The position numbers were made by a program, and so were the translations under genes. Below are positions 1-10,825 of a stretch of 64,000 nt of DNA, piece after piece (position 1 is the first letter of the stretch; each line of letters begins with the position of its first letter). The stretch covers positions 1,550,585 through 1,614,584 of the forward strand of contig NZ_CP169647.1 of NCBI RefSeq assembly GCF_042134685.1, in the 5' to 3' direction. Origin of the DNA: Microcystis sp. BLCC-F210 (GTDB taxonomy: Bacteria; Cyanobacteriota; Cyanobacteriia; Cyanobacteriales; Microcystaceae). Under the pieces are notes generated by a model. It was given only the letters and a program-made list of their open reading frames with translations, had not been told where the DNA came from and did not search any database.

Positions 1-1106
1 GTATTCTTGCTCAGTTTCTGGCGATAAAGGGTTTAAAAAATCGCTTTTTTTGATCGCTTCCGGATTGACAAGTAAAGGATTATTTTTAATATCTGGGGAA
101 ATTTGGTCGGGATTTTCAGTGAGAATTAGGGGAGATAATCCGGAGGTAAATAAAGAAATTTTAGTAGCGGATTCTGGTTGCCAACAAAAATCAATCCATT
201 GCTGGACAAGAGAATTAGGAGTAGTTAAAACTGGTTTTACCCACACATCTGACCAAAGAGAAGTTCCAGATTTGGGGACAACAACTTTAATTTTATTATA
301 GCGATCACTCACTGGTAAAATATCATTAGACCAACCCACAGACAGCCAGGCATCACCGAGTATTAGGGGTTGTAAATAATGTTGAGAACTATAAAATCTT
401 ACCTGTTTTTGTAAAGCGAATAGCTCGTTTTTAAGTGCCGTCACTTGCTTTAAATCACTGGAATTATAAGAATAACCCAATTTTTTTAGGGTTAAACCGA
501 TGACTTCGCGACGATTATCAATTAGGGCAATTTTACCAGTTAATTCTGGTCGCCATAGATCAGACCAATCCTGTGGCCGCCAGTCAAATTGAGCGAATTT
601 TTCCTCATTATAGGCAATTACTGTCATTCCCCAACGGTAGGGCGCACCCCAGACTTTACCCTCTGTTTGCGGTTGTCCTTGGCCATTGCGAGTCATATTT
701 TCTTGCCAACGGGGGGGCAGTTTTGACCAATTAGAGAGTTGAGAAGTATCTAGGGGTTGAATTAAACCGTTAGTAATCGCTTTTCCTAGCCAAGCATCCC
801 CTAGGGTGACTACATTACCCATCGCTGGGTTCTGTTCCCTAAAAGGGATAGGAATCGGAAATTGTGAGGCTGGTTGATCCTGATTTTTTAACCATTTTTC
901 CAACAATTTTAATAGCTCTTTCAGCTGCCTTTCCGACTGAAAATTGACTTTTTTTTCGGCAATAGTTTTCCGAAAATCTGTTAGTAATCGCGGCGGAATC
1001 GAACCGGATAGGAGAAAAATGCTCAGATTGCCGCTTCCAGAAGCGCAGCCACTTAAACCTCCCGCTAAGGCGATTGTACCTAATCCTTGCAAAAAAGAAC
1101 GTCTAT
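1..1106 (-). CDS. ABC-type periplasmic solute-binding protein (family-1 SBP, PotD/PotF polyamine-binding-like); the 3' end runs off the window
   Basis: Reverse-complement translation from the ATG at the complement of 1104-1106 gives MLNRRSFLQGLGTIALAGGLSGCASGSG..., open to position 1. It has a Tat-type RRxFLxG motif and a lipobox-like LSGC. It is absent from the supplied track because there is no in-window stop, and it explains why the plus-strand ORFs at 50..301, 944..1144 and 1074..1256 are antisense artefacts. Confidence 0.6.
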
Positions 1107-1345
1107 TTAACATATCGCCCGCCGATTTTCAACTTCAACATTAATAATTGTCAGTTTCTAGCCTTAAATTATTATAGGACGATTTTTAACGGTAAATTTG
1201 ACCTCAAGCGCTGGCTGGGAATCTTGGTACAATCAAGGGGAAATAACCCAGTTTAAGCGGGTTCCGGTGGACTGAAGGTTATTTTTGTCAAAAAAGTGAT
1301 TTCTATGGGTGTTATGATTGATTTTGAGGCAATACGGAGATTTTT

Positions 1346-1954
1346 TTGGCTATGACCCCTGAATTAATCACTTTTGGTCGGTATCTCGCAGGTGAATTTG
1401 AAAATCAACGGCAAGCACAAGCAGAACCGGTGTGGTACGTTCACCTGCGTTTATGGTTGCGTCCGTTGCCTTTATTTCGGGAAGACAGCATCGCTCTTTT
1501 TGCCGAACAGGCCAGTATAATCAATTTAGACCAACCCTACCGACCGCGACTGTGGCGATTAACGCACTCGGAATCGGGAGGGTTAGAGGTTAGGCATTAT
1601 ATGTTTAATGACCTGAAATCCGTGCAAGGTGTGGGCAAAAATCCCGATATTCTGCGAAAAATTAGCTTAGAAGACCTAACTTTCCTGCCTACTTGCACTT
1701 TAGCGGTCAAAGTCCATACCCTCGCTGATCATCAATACCAGTTTATCGCCCAACCGCAACCAGAACAGCGCTGTCAATTCACCTATGAGGGTACAACCTA
1801 TCAGGTGTCTTTAGGTTTCGAGGTGACGAGTCATAGCCTAAAAACCTACGATAAAGGTCTAGATCCCAGCACCGGTAAGGGAATTTGGGGCGCTCTGCTC
1901 GGTCCCTATCAATACGAGAAAAAACAGGATTTTTCGGCAGAATTGGAGGTGTGA
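1346..1954 (+). CDS. cpcT: Phycobiliprotein chromophore lyase, CpcT/CpeT (T-type) family
   Basis: The N-terminus FGRYLAGEFENQRQAQAEPVWYVHLRLWLRPLP and the C-terminal FEVTSHSLKTYDKGLDPSTGKGIWGALLGPYQYE follow the conserved CpcT pattern. Length 202 aa. Confidence 0.65.
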   Translation: MAMTPELITFGRYLAGEFENQRQAQAEPVWYVHLRLWLRPLPLFREDSIALFAEQASIINLDQPYRPRLWRLTHSESGGLEVRHYMFNDLKSVQGVGKNPDILRKISLEDLTFLPTCTLAVKVHTLADHQYQFIAQPQPEQRCQFTYEGTTYQVSLGFEVTSHSLKTYDKGLDPSTGKGIWGALLGPYQYEKKQDFSAELEV

Positions 1955-1965
1955 GGAAGATTGCA

Positions 1966-2226
1966 TCACATTAGATCAAAATGACGGCAGATAACACCGC
2001 AAACAGCCGCTAAAGCGGTAATTCCTAAAGCTGTACCGATGTCTTGTCCTTGATTGACAGCAAAGGAAGTGACGATTCCCGCACCTAAACCGGCTGTGAT
2101 TGCCGCTCCGAGAAAATCTTTATCTGAGTTTTTATACATAGAGATAAGGCCAAATTTCCACAAAATCGTGTTTTTCACCTTATCATCCTCTTTTGAGCAA
2201 CTAATCACCCGGGGGCGGAATTGCAA
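1966..2226 (-). CDS. Small glycine-zipper membrane protein (hypothetical)
   Basis: C-terminal GAAITAGLGAGIVTSFAVNQGQDIGTALGITALAAVCGV is a Gly-zipper-like TM pair. The start codon is uncertain. Confidence 0.25.
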   Translation of the reverse strand: MQFRPRVISCSKEDDKVKNTILWKFGLISMYKNSDKDFLGAAITAGLGAGIVTSFAVNQGQDIGTALGITALAAVCGVICRHFDLM

Positions 2227-2346
2227 TCAAGCTTTAGATTTAGCCACGTTTCTTAACATTAAGTCGGGTCAGATAGATAGGGGGTAAAATCGATTAAATT
2301 AGCTAAAATCTCTTTTTATGGCTTTTTAACCCTGATTATCTCCCTT

Positions 2347-2661
2347 TTGCTAATACTGAGTTTTGTTAATGCCAGCCAGGCCCAATCGGATACGGCGGTA
2401 AGATCGGAGTTAATTAGTCTCCGCAATCGCGTCGAGCGCCTTGAAAGTCAAGTCCGAGGAATAACCATCCGCGGGGAAAATGCCGATCCCATTCCCCAAC
2501 GGCGATCGGGAACGGGTATAGTAAATGGGGAAGTAGTCGGGGAAACTGACCCACTGTTCCAGCGTTTGGCCACTTTAGTAATTGAATTAAAGGAAGATTT
2601 AAAAAAGCTGGAGCAACGGGTGCAAATCTTAGAAAAAGAAACCGTTAGCCAGAAATCGTAG
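2347..2661 (+). CDS. Secreted coiled-coil protein (hypothetical)
   Basis: Signal-peptide-like N-terminus (LILSFVNASQA/QS), then heptad-rich LISLRNRVERLESQV ... LKEDLKKLEQRVQILEKE. Confidence 0.35.
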   Translation: MLILSFVNASQAQSDTAVRSELISLRNRVERLESQVRGITIRGENADPIPQRRSGTGIVNGEVVGETDPLFQRLATLVIELKEDLKKLEQRVQILEKETVSQKS

Positions 2662-2692
2662 TCAATTGATGCTATAACGATCGAAAGTTAAA

Positions 2693-4516
2693 TTGATTTC
2701 AACTATGCAGTTAATTGATTATGTAATTGTGCTGCTCTATCTGGCAGGAACCCTAATAATCGGGATTATAGCCGAGAAAAAAGCTTCTCAAGGTCTAGAA
2801 TCCTACTTTTTAGGTAATCGCAATTTGCCTTGGTGGATGTTAGGGGTGTCGGGAATGGCAGCTAACACCGATTTAGCGGGAACTATGGTCATTTCTGCCC
2901 TAATTTACGCTGTCGGCCCCAAAGGACTATTTATCGAAATCCGCGGCGGTGTCGTCCTAATTATGGCCTTTCTCATGGCTTTTATGGGCAAATGGAATCG
3001 CCGGGCCCAAGTTATGACCATGGCGGAATGGATGAAATTTCGCTTTGGACCGGGAAAACAGGGAAATTTTGCCCGAATTATTAGTGCCGTCGCCACTCTC
3101 TTATTCTCTATCGGTGCGATGAGTTATTTCTCCGTTGCGGGGGGGAAATTTTTAGGGCAGTTTTTGGGTATGGATGATCGTCTTGCTTCGGTGATATTAA
3201 TTCTTTTAACCTTAATTTATACGGTGGCCAGTGGTTTTTATGGTGGGGTAATTACCGATTTATTTCAAGGGTTTCTGATTTTTGTGGCGGTAATTTATGT
3301 ATCGACAGTGGCCTTTTTTACCGTTAATCTTCCCGATAGTTTCACGGTAGCAATTCCGGGGGCAGCAGAGCCAAAAACTTGGAATTTAAGCGACTGGTCT
3401 AGTATTTTCCCCTCCCTGACGTTGGATTTACCCGGAGATTATGCCATCTTTAATTTGTTTGGTGGGGTGATTTTCTTTTATTTAGTTAAAACCATCATCG
3501 AAGGTTGCAGCGGCAGCGGTGGTTATATGTTACAACGATATCTAGCCGCCAAAAGCGATCGAGATGCCGGTTTATTATCTTTATTCTGGATTATTTTGCT
3601 TTCTTTCCGTTGGCCTCTAGTCACAGCTTTTGCGGTTTTAGGTATTCACTACGGTTTAACTGAAGGCACGATCACAGATCCAGAAAGAATTCTGGCCACA
3701 GTGATTACTCAATATATTCCTGTGGGGATGAAAGGGTTATTAATTGCTTCTTTTTTAGCGGCAGCTATGTCCACTTTTAACGCAGTTATTAACGCTAGTG
3801 CTGCCTATTGGGTAAAAGATATCTATCAAGCTTTTTTGAAACCGAATGCGGGAGAACAGGAGTTAGTTTTTCAAGGTCGTTTAGCCTCGATTTTTGTGGT
3901 CGCAATTGGCTTAGTTTTGAGTTTTAATATTGAAAATGTCAATGATATTTGGGGTTGGTTAACCACGGGATTAGGGGTGGGATTAGCAGTTCCTCTCCTA
4001 TTACGTTGGTATTGGTGGCGCTTTAATGGTTATGGTTTTGCTGTGGGAACTTTAGCGGGAATGATTGCGGCTATTGCCTCACAAGCGATAATTTTACCTT
4101 TCTTTCGTCACAGTCAATATCAGGAAATTATTCTCTTTCTTGTGCCGAGTTTGTTCGCTTTAGCTGGCTGTGTTATCGCTACTTTGTTAACTCCTCCCAC
4201 CGATAGTTTAGTCATGGAAAATTTCTATAATGTTACCCGACCCTTTGGCTTTTGGGGAGAAGTCCGTCACAGTGTTAAACCTAACCTACAGGCAAAAATT
4301 AAAGCGGAAAATCAACGGGATATCATCGCCGCTTTTCTCACTGTTCCTTGGCAATTAGTCCTGTTTATGATGGGGATTGTTTTAATCATCAAGCAGTGGC
4401 AAAGTTTGAAGATTTTGGCTTTGGTTTTTCTTTTGCTTTCCATCGGTCTCTATTTTACTTGGTATCGACATTTATCTAAGGAAATTACCGTCACTAAAGA
4501 CCGAGATTTAGGTTAG
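2693..4516 (+). CDS. Sodium:solute symporter (SSS family) permease
   Basis: 607 aa polytopic protein. N-terminus MQLIDYVIVLLYLAGTLIIGIIAEKKA ... YFLGNRNLPWWMLGVSGMAANTDLAGT is typical of SSF transporters. Confidence 0.8.
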   Translation: MISTMQLIDYVIVLLYLAGTLIIGIIAEKKASQGLESYFLGNRNLPWWMLGVSGMAANTDLAGTMVISALIYAVGPKGLFIEIRGGVVLIMAFLMAFMGKWNRRAQVMTMAEWMKFRFGPGKQGNFARIISAVATLLFSIGAMSYFSVAGGKFLGQFLGMDDRLASVILILLTLIYTVASGFYGGVITDLFQGFLIFVAVIYVSTVAFFTVNLPDSFTVAIPGAAEPKTWNLSDWSSIFPSLTLDLPGDYAIFNLFGGVIFFYLVKTIIEGCSGSGGYMLQRYLAAKSDRDAGLLSLFWIILLSFRWPLVTAFAVLGIHYGLTEGTITDPERILATVITQYIPVGMKGLLIASFLAAAMSTFNAVINASAAYWVKDIYQAFLKPNAGEQELVFQGRLASIFVVAIGLVLSFNIENVNDIWGWLTTGLGVGLAVPLLLRWYWWRFNGYGFAVGTLAGMIAAIASQAIILPFFRHSQYQEIILFLVPSLFALAGCVIATLLTPPTDSLVMENFYNVTRPFGFWGEVRHSVKPNLQAKIKAENQRDIIAAFLTVPWQLVLFMMGIVLIIKQWQSLKILALVFLLLSIGLYFTWYRHLSKEITVTKDRDLG

Positions 4517-4780
4517 GCAGTTCAGGAGACAGGAGACAGGAGGCAGCTATCAGTTTTTTTCCTGCTCCCCCTGAATGGTTACTCTGTTTCTAGTTGATAA
4601 TCCTGTCAATTTATGGAAAACCTGAAAATTTAAATTTTTGAATCGGAGAGTTATATTATGATTAAAATATCTATTTTAAATCTCAATATTATGTTAGGAT
4701 TGTTAAATGCAAGTGTAACTATTTGACAGTCGTAGAATTTCGTAAACTATTATGATTGCGATAAAATTTTCGACTCAGCC

Positions 4781-6148
4781 CTAGATTTGATGATTAATTA
4801 CATAAGCTTTAAAAACAGGATTCAAACATAATAAAGCGTTTTCATCTTTTGCCACTATTATTCGTCTGATTAGAGATTGAATGACTTTCAAAGAATCTGT
4901 ATAAGCTAGAGAAGTTTGGTCGATCATTTCTTTAATAGAAATAGGTTGATTAAAATTTGCTAATTCTGTTAGCATTAGTTTCTCTGATTCTGTTAAATTT
5001 TGTAAAATACTTAATAAAGTCTGCTCTAAAGTTTCCTCGGCAATCGGGTATTTAATCTCCAAAAAGTCAGCCACCTTACCTAAAAATGTCTCTTGAATAA
5101 AACTAGCAACTAATTCTAACCAAAGAGGATGACCTTGATAACATTTAATTAAGGCTTCCCAACTGTCTTCATTTAATAGATTATGATGGCGCAAAATTTC
5201 TATGGCATCTTCTCCTAAACCTTCTATGATTAATGTTTTAATGAATTTATTTTTCTGCCCATAAAAAGTCGTATCAATAGGTTTTTCTTGACTCAACAAC
5301 AGTAAACAGCCTTGATGATTGACTTCAGCAATGCTGTTAAACAATAGTTGATAATTTTGGTACTCTTTTTGATAATTACCTGCCAGTTTTTTAGAATCAA
5401 ATAGACTTTGTAAATCATCAAGAATAATCAAGCATCGATGACTTTTCATTAATTGTAAGAACAAATTTAATTGCCTTTCAAGACTTTGAGAAAGCTTCAA
5501 TTGAGGATTGATAGATTGTAAAATTTCACTTAAAAGTTCATCTAGTTTTGGACAAAAATACAAACTTCTGCGAATAACATAGTTAAAATTATCTTTGATT
5601 TTATCAACCAGTTTCAGAGAAAGTGTAGTTTTACCAATTTCTTTTAAACCTAACACATTAACCAAGCGGTATTTGTCTGCAACTATACAAGTTTGCAGGT
5701 TATTTAATTCGGTAATTCTTCCATAAAATTGAGTTATTTCAGGAGTATGACCTAAGTCTAAATAGGGTTGATCCTGCGTGATTTCAGACGGATGATTATT
5801 CTTGAGGGAGGATGGATTATGATCACAAATATGAACATTATTAAAAGAGACTAAATCTCGTCCCATATTATTATTTATGAAACTATGTTTCTTTAAAACT
5901 GCTCTAATATTTGATTTAGTAATATCTTCCCCTAAAACCTCTGACAAAATCTTCCATAATTCTGAAGCAGTATCTCGAACATGACCTTCACTAAGATGAG
6001 ATTCTTTGGCAACTTCTGAGTATTTGTAACCTTCTAAAGTCGCTTCTAAGATAGTTTTTTGAAGATAGTCTAGATGTTGATCTGTTTTGGCAAAAACCAA
6101 CTCATCTAAGAGATTTAACACCGTATTAGATAGATTAGCTTGAAACAT
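4781..6148 (-). CDS. STAND NTPase: N-terminal helical (HTH-like) domain plus NB-ARC module, with no C-terminal repeat sensor
   Basis: Walker A GLKEIGKTTL, Walker B CLIILDD, sensor-like GCLLLLSQE, and a GxP-type motif GHPLWLELVASF. The N-terminal 85 aa (LDYLQKTILEATLEGYKYSEVAKESHLSEGHVRDTASELWKILSEVLGEDITKSNIRAVL) resemble the leader domain found on many cyanobacterial multidomain STAND proteins; this last point is from memory. Confidence 0.7.
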   Translation of the reverse strand: MFQANLSNTVLNLLDELVFAKTDQHLDYLQKTILEATLEGYKYSEVAKESHLSEGHVRDTASELWKILSEVLGEDITKSNIRAVLKKHSFINNNMGRDLVSFNNVHICDHNPSSLKNNHPSEITQDQPYLDLGHTPEITQFYGRITELNNLQTCIVADKYRLVNVLGLKEIGKTTLSLKLVDKIKDNFNYVIRRSLYFCPKLDELLSEILQSINPQLKLSQSLERQLNLFLQLMKSHRCLIILDDLQSLFDSKKLAGNYQKEYQNYQLLFNSIAEVNHQGCLLLLSQEKPIDTTFYGQKNKFIKTLIIEGLGEDAIEILRHHNLLNEDSWEALIKCYQGHPLWLELVASFIQETFLGKVADFLEIKYPIAEETLEQTLLSILQNLTESEKLMLTELANFNQPISIKEMIDQTSLAYTDSLKVIQSLIRRIIVAKDENALLCLNPVFKAYVINHQI

Positions 6149-6594
6149 GGACTATAGATTAGGTATGTGAAGGTAGAGCAGACAGTGATGCAATTCAGAC
6201 TTGAATTGGCGAGTTTTTACGCGATGTGTAACTAAAAACGACAGAATCAGGGTTCCCGATGATACTTTATCACTGCTGATTTCTGAGAGCCTTGTAAATC
6301 AAGACTAAAAATATAGTTGCACACGGGGTAGTTTTTTACTTATTCTAGCTGACATTTCCGATATTTCAGATCAATTGTTTGGCTGTAAGTTCCGACTTTT
6401 CCGACTTACTAAACTCAAGACTGCGATGTATCCTAAGTAATTAAGCAGTTTCAAGGCTTTATTTAGCCAATCTAAAGAAAATGTGAAATAGTACAGGTTC
6501 TAGCATATCACAGTCAGGATGCTTAAGGTGGCTTTAGGCAATGTAGCCCGGGCCGCACGATCAACCAGTACACAAATCAAACGGGGAGGAAAAA

Positions 6595-6981
6595 ATGACA
6601 TCAAGTTCTAAAGAAAATGTCTTAGTTGACAACTGTTTTGGTATTGTAACGAACAAAAGACTTACCTATATGGCGAAGAAAAGCTGGTTTAGTGGTGGAC
6701 GAAGAGAAGATGTTCCTCTCAAGCAAGTTGTTTCAGTTCGATATGAAATGGATAGGAAAGTTGTTGGGGGACTATTCCTTGTTGTTTTAGGAATTGTCTT
6801 GATAACTGTAGTAGTGGGTATTATTCCCTTGATTTTTGGTGTTCTATTGATGTGGGGATCTCCAACGGTAAGTGTGGTTACGGCCGGAGGAACAGCAACT
6901 CCTGTCACTGGATTGCCATGGCAAAAATCAGAAGCAGAGGCGTTTGTAAACGCTGTCCACAGTCAATTATTTGGTGAGTAA
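6595..6981 (+). CDS. Membrane protein with a bacterial PH-like (bPH/DUF304-type) domain
   Basis: GIVTNKRLTYMAKKSWFSGGRREDVPLKQVVSVRYE is followed by a double-TM hydrophobic stretch. It is divergent from the STAND gene, and a GGAGG RBS lies 8 nt upstream. Confidence 0.45.
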   Translation: MTSSSKENVLVDNCFGIVTNKRLTYMAKKSWFSGGRREDVPLKQVVSVRYEMDRKVVGGLFLVVLGIVLITVVVGIIPLIFGVLLMWGSPTVSVVTAGGTATPVTGLPWQKSEAEAFVNAVHSQLFGE

Positions 6982-7070
6982 ATCGAGGGACACAAATTGT
7001 TGAAATTTACTCAATCTTGCTGATACTTTTATAACTTCGGAAAATTAAAAAGTTAGCTGGAGAATTTTTT

Positions 7071-7614
7071 ATGGATTTGGCAAATCGTTTGCTAATAATG
7101 CCTCATTACTTGAGTTGTTTAATTTCATATTTCTTTTTCGGCTCTTCTCGGCTTTGTGTGATAATTTTTGTTTATGGAATCGTGAAATGCTTACTGGACA
7201 AAACTTTTAAGACTATTTTACGGATATTCTATCAGTATAGACCTCGTTTTCACACAGAAACCAGAAGAGCCCTTTTTCTTCTATGGTGTATTACTTGCTG
7301 TTGTTGGGTTATTTGCACGGGAATTAGTTGCCCAAGTCTTTCTAAATTGGCATATACTTATAGTAATATTTTTTCAGTTTCTTTTACAGATGTTTTTAAA
7401 CCAATCATCACAGGAACAACTTCTGATGACTTTGGCCAGAGACATTGCATTATTGGCTTTCGGAATGTTACCAAGTATAGTGCCTACCAGTAATTTTCAA
7501 GAGGGTCTTCTCGTTTTTGTAATTTCGGGATTTTTTATGGTCGGAATCCTTGACTCAGAAGTAGTTAAGAGTTGTGGTACTTTCGAGCAATTGCTTGAAA
7601 TGTTTGGTCGCTAA
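7071..7614 (+). other. ORF(s) behind a duplicated ~75-bp leader: possible degenerate paralog or frameshifted small membrane-protein gene
   Basis: Positions 7003-7080 and 7636-7708 share the leader ...tttactcaatcttgctgatactt...ttagctggagaattttttatggatt(t/g)gg. The frame in register with the leader (7071..7493) gives a Cys-rich, low-complexity product. The overlapping frame 7390..7614 is more hydrophobic and protein-like. Confidence 0.25.
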
Positions 7615-7698
7615 ATAATATAGATTTTTAAGATTTACTCAATCTTGCTGATACTTTCATGACTTTAGAGATTTACAAACTTAGCTGGAGAATTTTTT

Positions 7699-8133
7699 AT
7701 GGATTGGGGAAATGCTTTGAGAAATGTTTACGATGGGATCGTAAAAGCTGTCTCTGTTGGGTTTTCATTGATGGCGATTTATTTGGGATTTTGGGGATTT
7801 TTTGCACAAGATGCTGGAGCAATATCCCTACTATTTATAGTAGGTACTAGCTTGACTATTCTAAGTTATGCTATAACACCTGTACTAGGCTTAAGTTTAG
7901 ATATATCTGCAATTTTAACTGATTTATTGCTTGTTATAGTATCATATTTTGTGGCACATCTTTTTTTATCTGGTGCTTCTTCATATTTCGGAGTTCCCTA
8001 TTCACCATTTCTTGTTAATATAATGTTTTTTGGAGCTATCGTTATGGTTAATCTTCGCCGAATAGCGGAGGTAACTTGTTTACCACAACTTGCACAAATA
8101 TTCAGTTTTTCTATTAATCATTGCCTACGCTAA
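7699..8133 (+). CDS. Small polytopic membrane protein (hypothetical); uses the second copy of the duplicated leader
   Basis: 144 aa with 4 predicted TM segments (AVSVGFSLMAIYLGFWGFF, ISLLFIVGTSLTILSYAITPVLGL ...). Its start codon lies inside the duplicated leader. Confidence 0.5.
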   Translation: MDWGNALRNVYDGIVKAVSVGFSLMAIYLGFWGFFAQDAGAISLLFIVGTSLTILSYAITPVLGLSLDISAILTDLLLVIVSYFVAHLFLSGASSYFGVPYSPFLVNIMFFGAIVMVNLRRIAEVTCLPQLAQIFSFSINHCLR

Positions 8134-8809
8134 TTTTTTTATGACGAATATTTATGTATTCTAATGATAATAAAAGCTCCATATTTAAGGCTTTAACTAA
8201 AGATTACTTTGTTATAAACATCTGCCATCTCTACCTCAATCCTCAAAGATTTTAAAGGAACAATAATGTTGGTTTCATAAGCGGTAAAAAAACAGCGATC
8301 TCGCAGAGATCCGCTTTGCGGTGCGCCTTCTTCTTGAAAATGTTCAATATAACATCGCCAATTGAAGTCTGAATTGGCAGTTATAGTCATTTCAATTAAG
8401 ATTGAGAATATCAATGCTAGAGTTAATCAGGGTTTCATCGGTCTAGAGCGTATCAGACTTATCTGAATTGGCAGTTATCAGTTTACTGTCTTCCCACTCC
8501 CCAATTCATAATTCATAATTCATAATTCCCCAAACCCTCACCGCTCAAGGAATTAGAAGTTTCACAGCATAATTAGGAGAGATCCCTTGACTTTTGCGGC
8601 GGCTTGGCTTATGATTTTCTTATAATGGGACTTTTGTGATCACATTTAAGTTGTTATATTTCCATTATTAGTAAACTCTTTTAAAAATATTGTCCCAAAA
8701 TCTGCCAAAAAAAGCAAGCAAAATTTTGCCGTCAATTGTTAAGTTTGGTTAAGAAAAATAGCAAGAGCGGCAAGGAATATAAATCCCTTACCGTTGACTT
8801 TGGCCGGAC

Positions 8810-9247
8810 TCACCACTTCTTATAGGGTAAAAACTTACCCGACATGGTAATTTTAACGCGATCGCCTTTAGGGTCTTCCTCCTTATCCACGTCGAGGGTA
8901 AAATCGATCGCACTCATAATACCATCGCCGAATTTTTCATGAATTACCGATTTTAGGGGCATTCCATACACCTGCATGATCTCGTAGAAACGATAAATCA
9001 GGGGGTCAGTGGGGACAACCGGACCCAATCCCTTGACAGGATACTCGGTTAAGGAGGGGATGTAGGCTGGTCCCAGTCCCAAAGCTGCCACAATTTTCGT
9101 TGCTTCTTCTGGGGAAGCGCTCGCTTGCCGGTAAAAAACAGCGGCAATCCACACCTCATCTCGTCCTAGAATCGCTTCTAGGTCAGCGAAACTGAGGCCT
9201 TTTTCCTTCTTCGCTTCCAATAGTTTTGCGGTAATTTCGGGTATCAT
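8810..9247 (-). CDS. cynS: Cyanase (cyanate hydratase)
   Basis: 145 aa. The [25 protein letters not shown] and C-terminal [18 protein letters not shown] stretches match the CynS family. Confidence 0.85.
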   Translation of the reverse strand: MIPEITAKLLEAKKEKGLSFADLEAILGRDEVWIAAVFYRQASASPEEATKIVAALGLGPAYIPSLTEYPVKGLGPVVPTDPLIYRFYEIMQVYGMPLKSVIHEKFGDGIMSAIDFTLDVDKEEDPKGDRVKITMSGKFLPYKKW

Positions 9248-9346
9248 TGCTTATTTTTGCAGAATTTGTCTGCTTCTAGTTTACCTTAACATCAATTATA
9301 TAAGTAAAAGTTATGACGTTGATAAAAAAACATTCCTTAAAACCCC

Positions 9347-9375
9347 TTTACATAACTATAAAAACCCGATAGTAT
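9347..9375 (+). promoter_or_regulatory. Candidate sigma-70 promoter of psbA
   Basis: -35 TTTACA (9347-9352), a 17-bp spacer, and -10 TAGTAT (9370-9375). This would give a ~50-nt 5' UTR, which is typical for psbA. Confidence 0.4.
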
Positions 9376-9432
9376 TGATTCATGTCAAACAAAGAACCTT
9401 GACAATTAAATACATACAGAAATCATTCAACC

Positions 9433-10515
9433 ATGACCACCACACTACAACAGCGCGAGAGCGCTTCCCTGTGGGAGCAGTTCTGCCAGTGGATCACCAG
9501 CACCAACAACCGTCTATACATCGGTTGGTTCGGTGTCATCATGATCCCCACCCTGCTCACCGCCACCACCTGCTTCATCATCGCCTTTATCGCCGCTCCT
9601 CCCGTAGATATCGACGGTATCCGCGAGCCTGTAGCTGGTTCTCTACTCTACGGAAACAACATCATCTCCGGTGCAGTTGTTCCCTCCTCCAACGCGATTG
9701 GACTCCACTTCTACCCCATCTGGGAAGCAGCTTCCTTAGATGAATGGTTATACAACGGTGGTCCTTACCAGTTAGTCATTTTCCACTTCTTACTAGGTGT
9801 CTTCTGCTACCTCGGTCGTCAGTGGGAACTGTCTTTCCGTTTAGGAATGCGTCCTTGGATTTGTGTAGCTTACTCTGCACCTGTATCCGCCGCTACTGCT
9901 GTATTCTTAATCTACCCCATCGGACAAGGTTCCTTCTCTGATGGTATGCCTTTAGGAATCTCTGGAACCTTTAACTTTATGTTCGTGTTCCAAGCAGAAC
10001 ATAACATCCTGATGCACCCCTTCCATATGTTAGGCGTTGCTGGTGTGTTCGGCGGTTCCTTGTTCAGTGCCATGCACGGTTCCCTAGTAACTTCTTCCTT
10101 AGTGCGTGAAACCACTGAAATCGAATCTCAGAACTACGGTTACAAATTCGGTCAAGAAGAAGAAACCTACAATATCGTTGCCGCTCACGGTTACTTCGGA
10201 CGTTTAATCTTCCAATACGCTTCTTTCAACAACAGCCGTTCTCTGCACTTCTTCTTGGGTGCATGGCCGGTAATCGGTATCTGGTTTACGGCAATGGGTG
10301 TTAGCACCATGGCGTTTAACCTCAATGGTTTTAACTTCAACCAGTCGATTCTCGATTCTCAAGGTCGTGTAATCGGTACTTGGGCCGATGTGTTAAACCG
10401 CGCTGGTATCGGTATGGAAGTAATGCACGAGCGCAATGCTCACAACTTCCCCTTAGATTTGGCTAGTGGTGAACAGGCTCCTGTAGCTCTGATTGCTCCC
10501 GCTATCAATGGTTAA
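9433..10515 (+). CDS. psbA: Photosystem II D1 protein
   Basis: 360 aa, the full canonical D1 sequence ([24 protein letters not shown] ... [13 protein letters not shown]) with a C-terminal processing extension. Confidence 0.97.
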   Translation: MTTTLQQRESASLWEQFCQWITSTNNRLYIGWFGVIMIPTLLTATTCFIIAFIAAPPVDIDGIREPVAGSLLYGNNIISGAVVPSSNAIGLHFYPIWEAASLDEWLYNGGPYQLVIFHFLLGVFCYLGRQWELSFRLGMRPWICVAYSAPVSAATAVFLIYPIGQGSFSDGMPLGISGTFNFMFVFQAEHNILMHPFHMLGVAGVFGGSLFSAMHGSLVTSSLVRETTEIESQNYGYKFGQEEETYNIVAAHGYFGRLIFQYASFNNSRSLHFFLGAWPVIGIWFTAMGVSTMAFNLNGFNFNQSILDSQGRVIGTWADVLNRAGIGMEVMHERNAHNFPLDLASGEQAPVALIAPAING

Positions 10516-10530
10516 TTCCTAGTCTGAACG

Positions 10531-10562
10531 AAAAGGCACTCCCGCAAGGGGGTGCTTTTTTG
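10531..10562 (+). terminator. Rho-independent terminator of psbA
   Basis: GC hairpin GGCACTCCC-GCAA-GGGGGTGC followed by TTTTTTGTTG, 15 nt after the stop. Confidence 0.6.
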
Positions 10563-10604
10563 TTGTTAGAATAGAAGGTGGTTTTTTGGGTTTGAGGTTG
10601 AATT

Positions 10605-10820
10605 ATGATTAGTTTAGAACAAGCTTTAAATACTGTTGAGCAACTATCTTTAGAACAACAGGAAATGTTATTAGAAATTTTACAAAATCGTTTACTTGAT
10701 ATTCGCCGTCAAGAAATTGCCAGAGATGCTAGGGAGTCAATTAATGCTTTTCATCAAGGAGAATTTAAACCTCAACCCCTAGAAATTATTCTGAGAGAAT
10801 TGAGAGAAACTTTAGAATAG
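10605..10820 (+). CDS. Type II antitoxin partnered with a RelE/YafQ-type toxin
   Basis: 71 aa acidic helical protein. It sits 5 bp upstream of the toxin gene and is paralogous in arrangement to 14345..14554. Confidence 0.55.
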   Translation: MISLEQALNTVEQLSLEQQEMLLEILQNRLLDIRRQEIARDARESINAFHQGEFKPQPLEIILRELRETLE

Positions 10821-10825
10821 ATATT

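Noticed and set aside
50-1256. Track ORFs 50..301, 944..1144 and 1074..1256 on the plus strand
   Set aside because: They lie antisense or inside the long minus-strand solute-binding-protein gene (1..1106), which has a Tat signal and a continuous frame. They have no family resemblance.
2054-2287. ORF antisense to the 1966..2226 small membrane protein
   Set aside because: It overlaps almost completely. Low-complexity product.
9375-10115. ORFs 9375..9743, 9744..9941 and 9912..10115 (-)
   Set aside because: They fall in alternate frames or antisense inside psbA. His/Arg-rich nonsense products.
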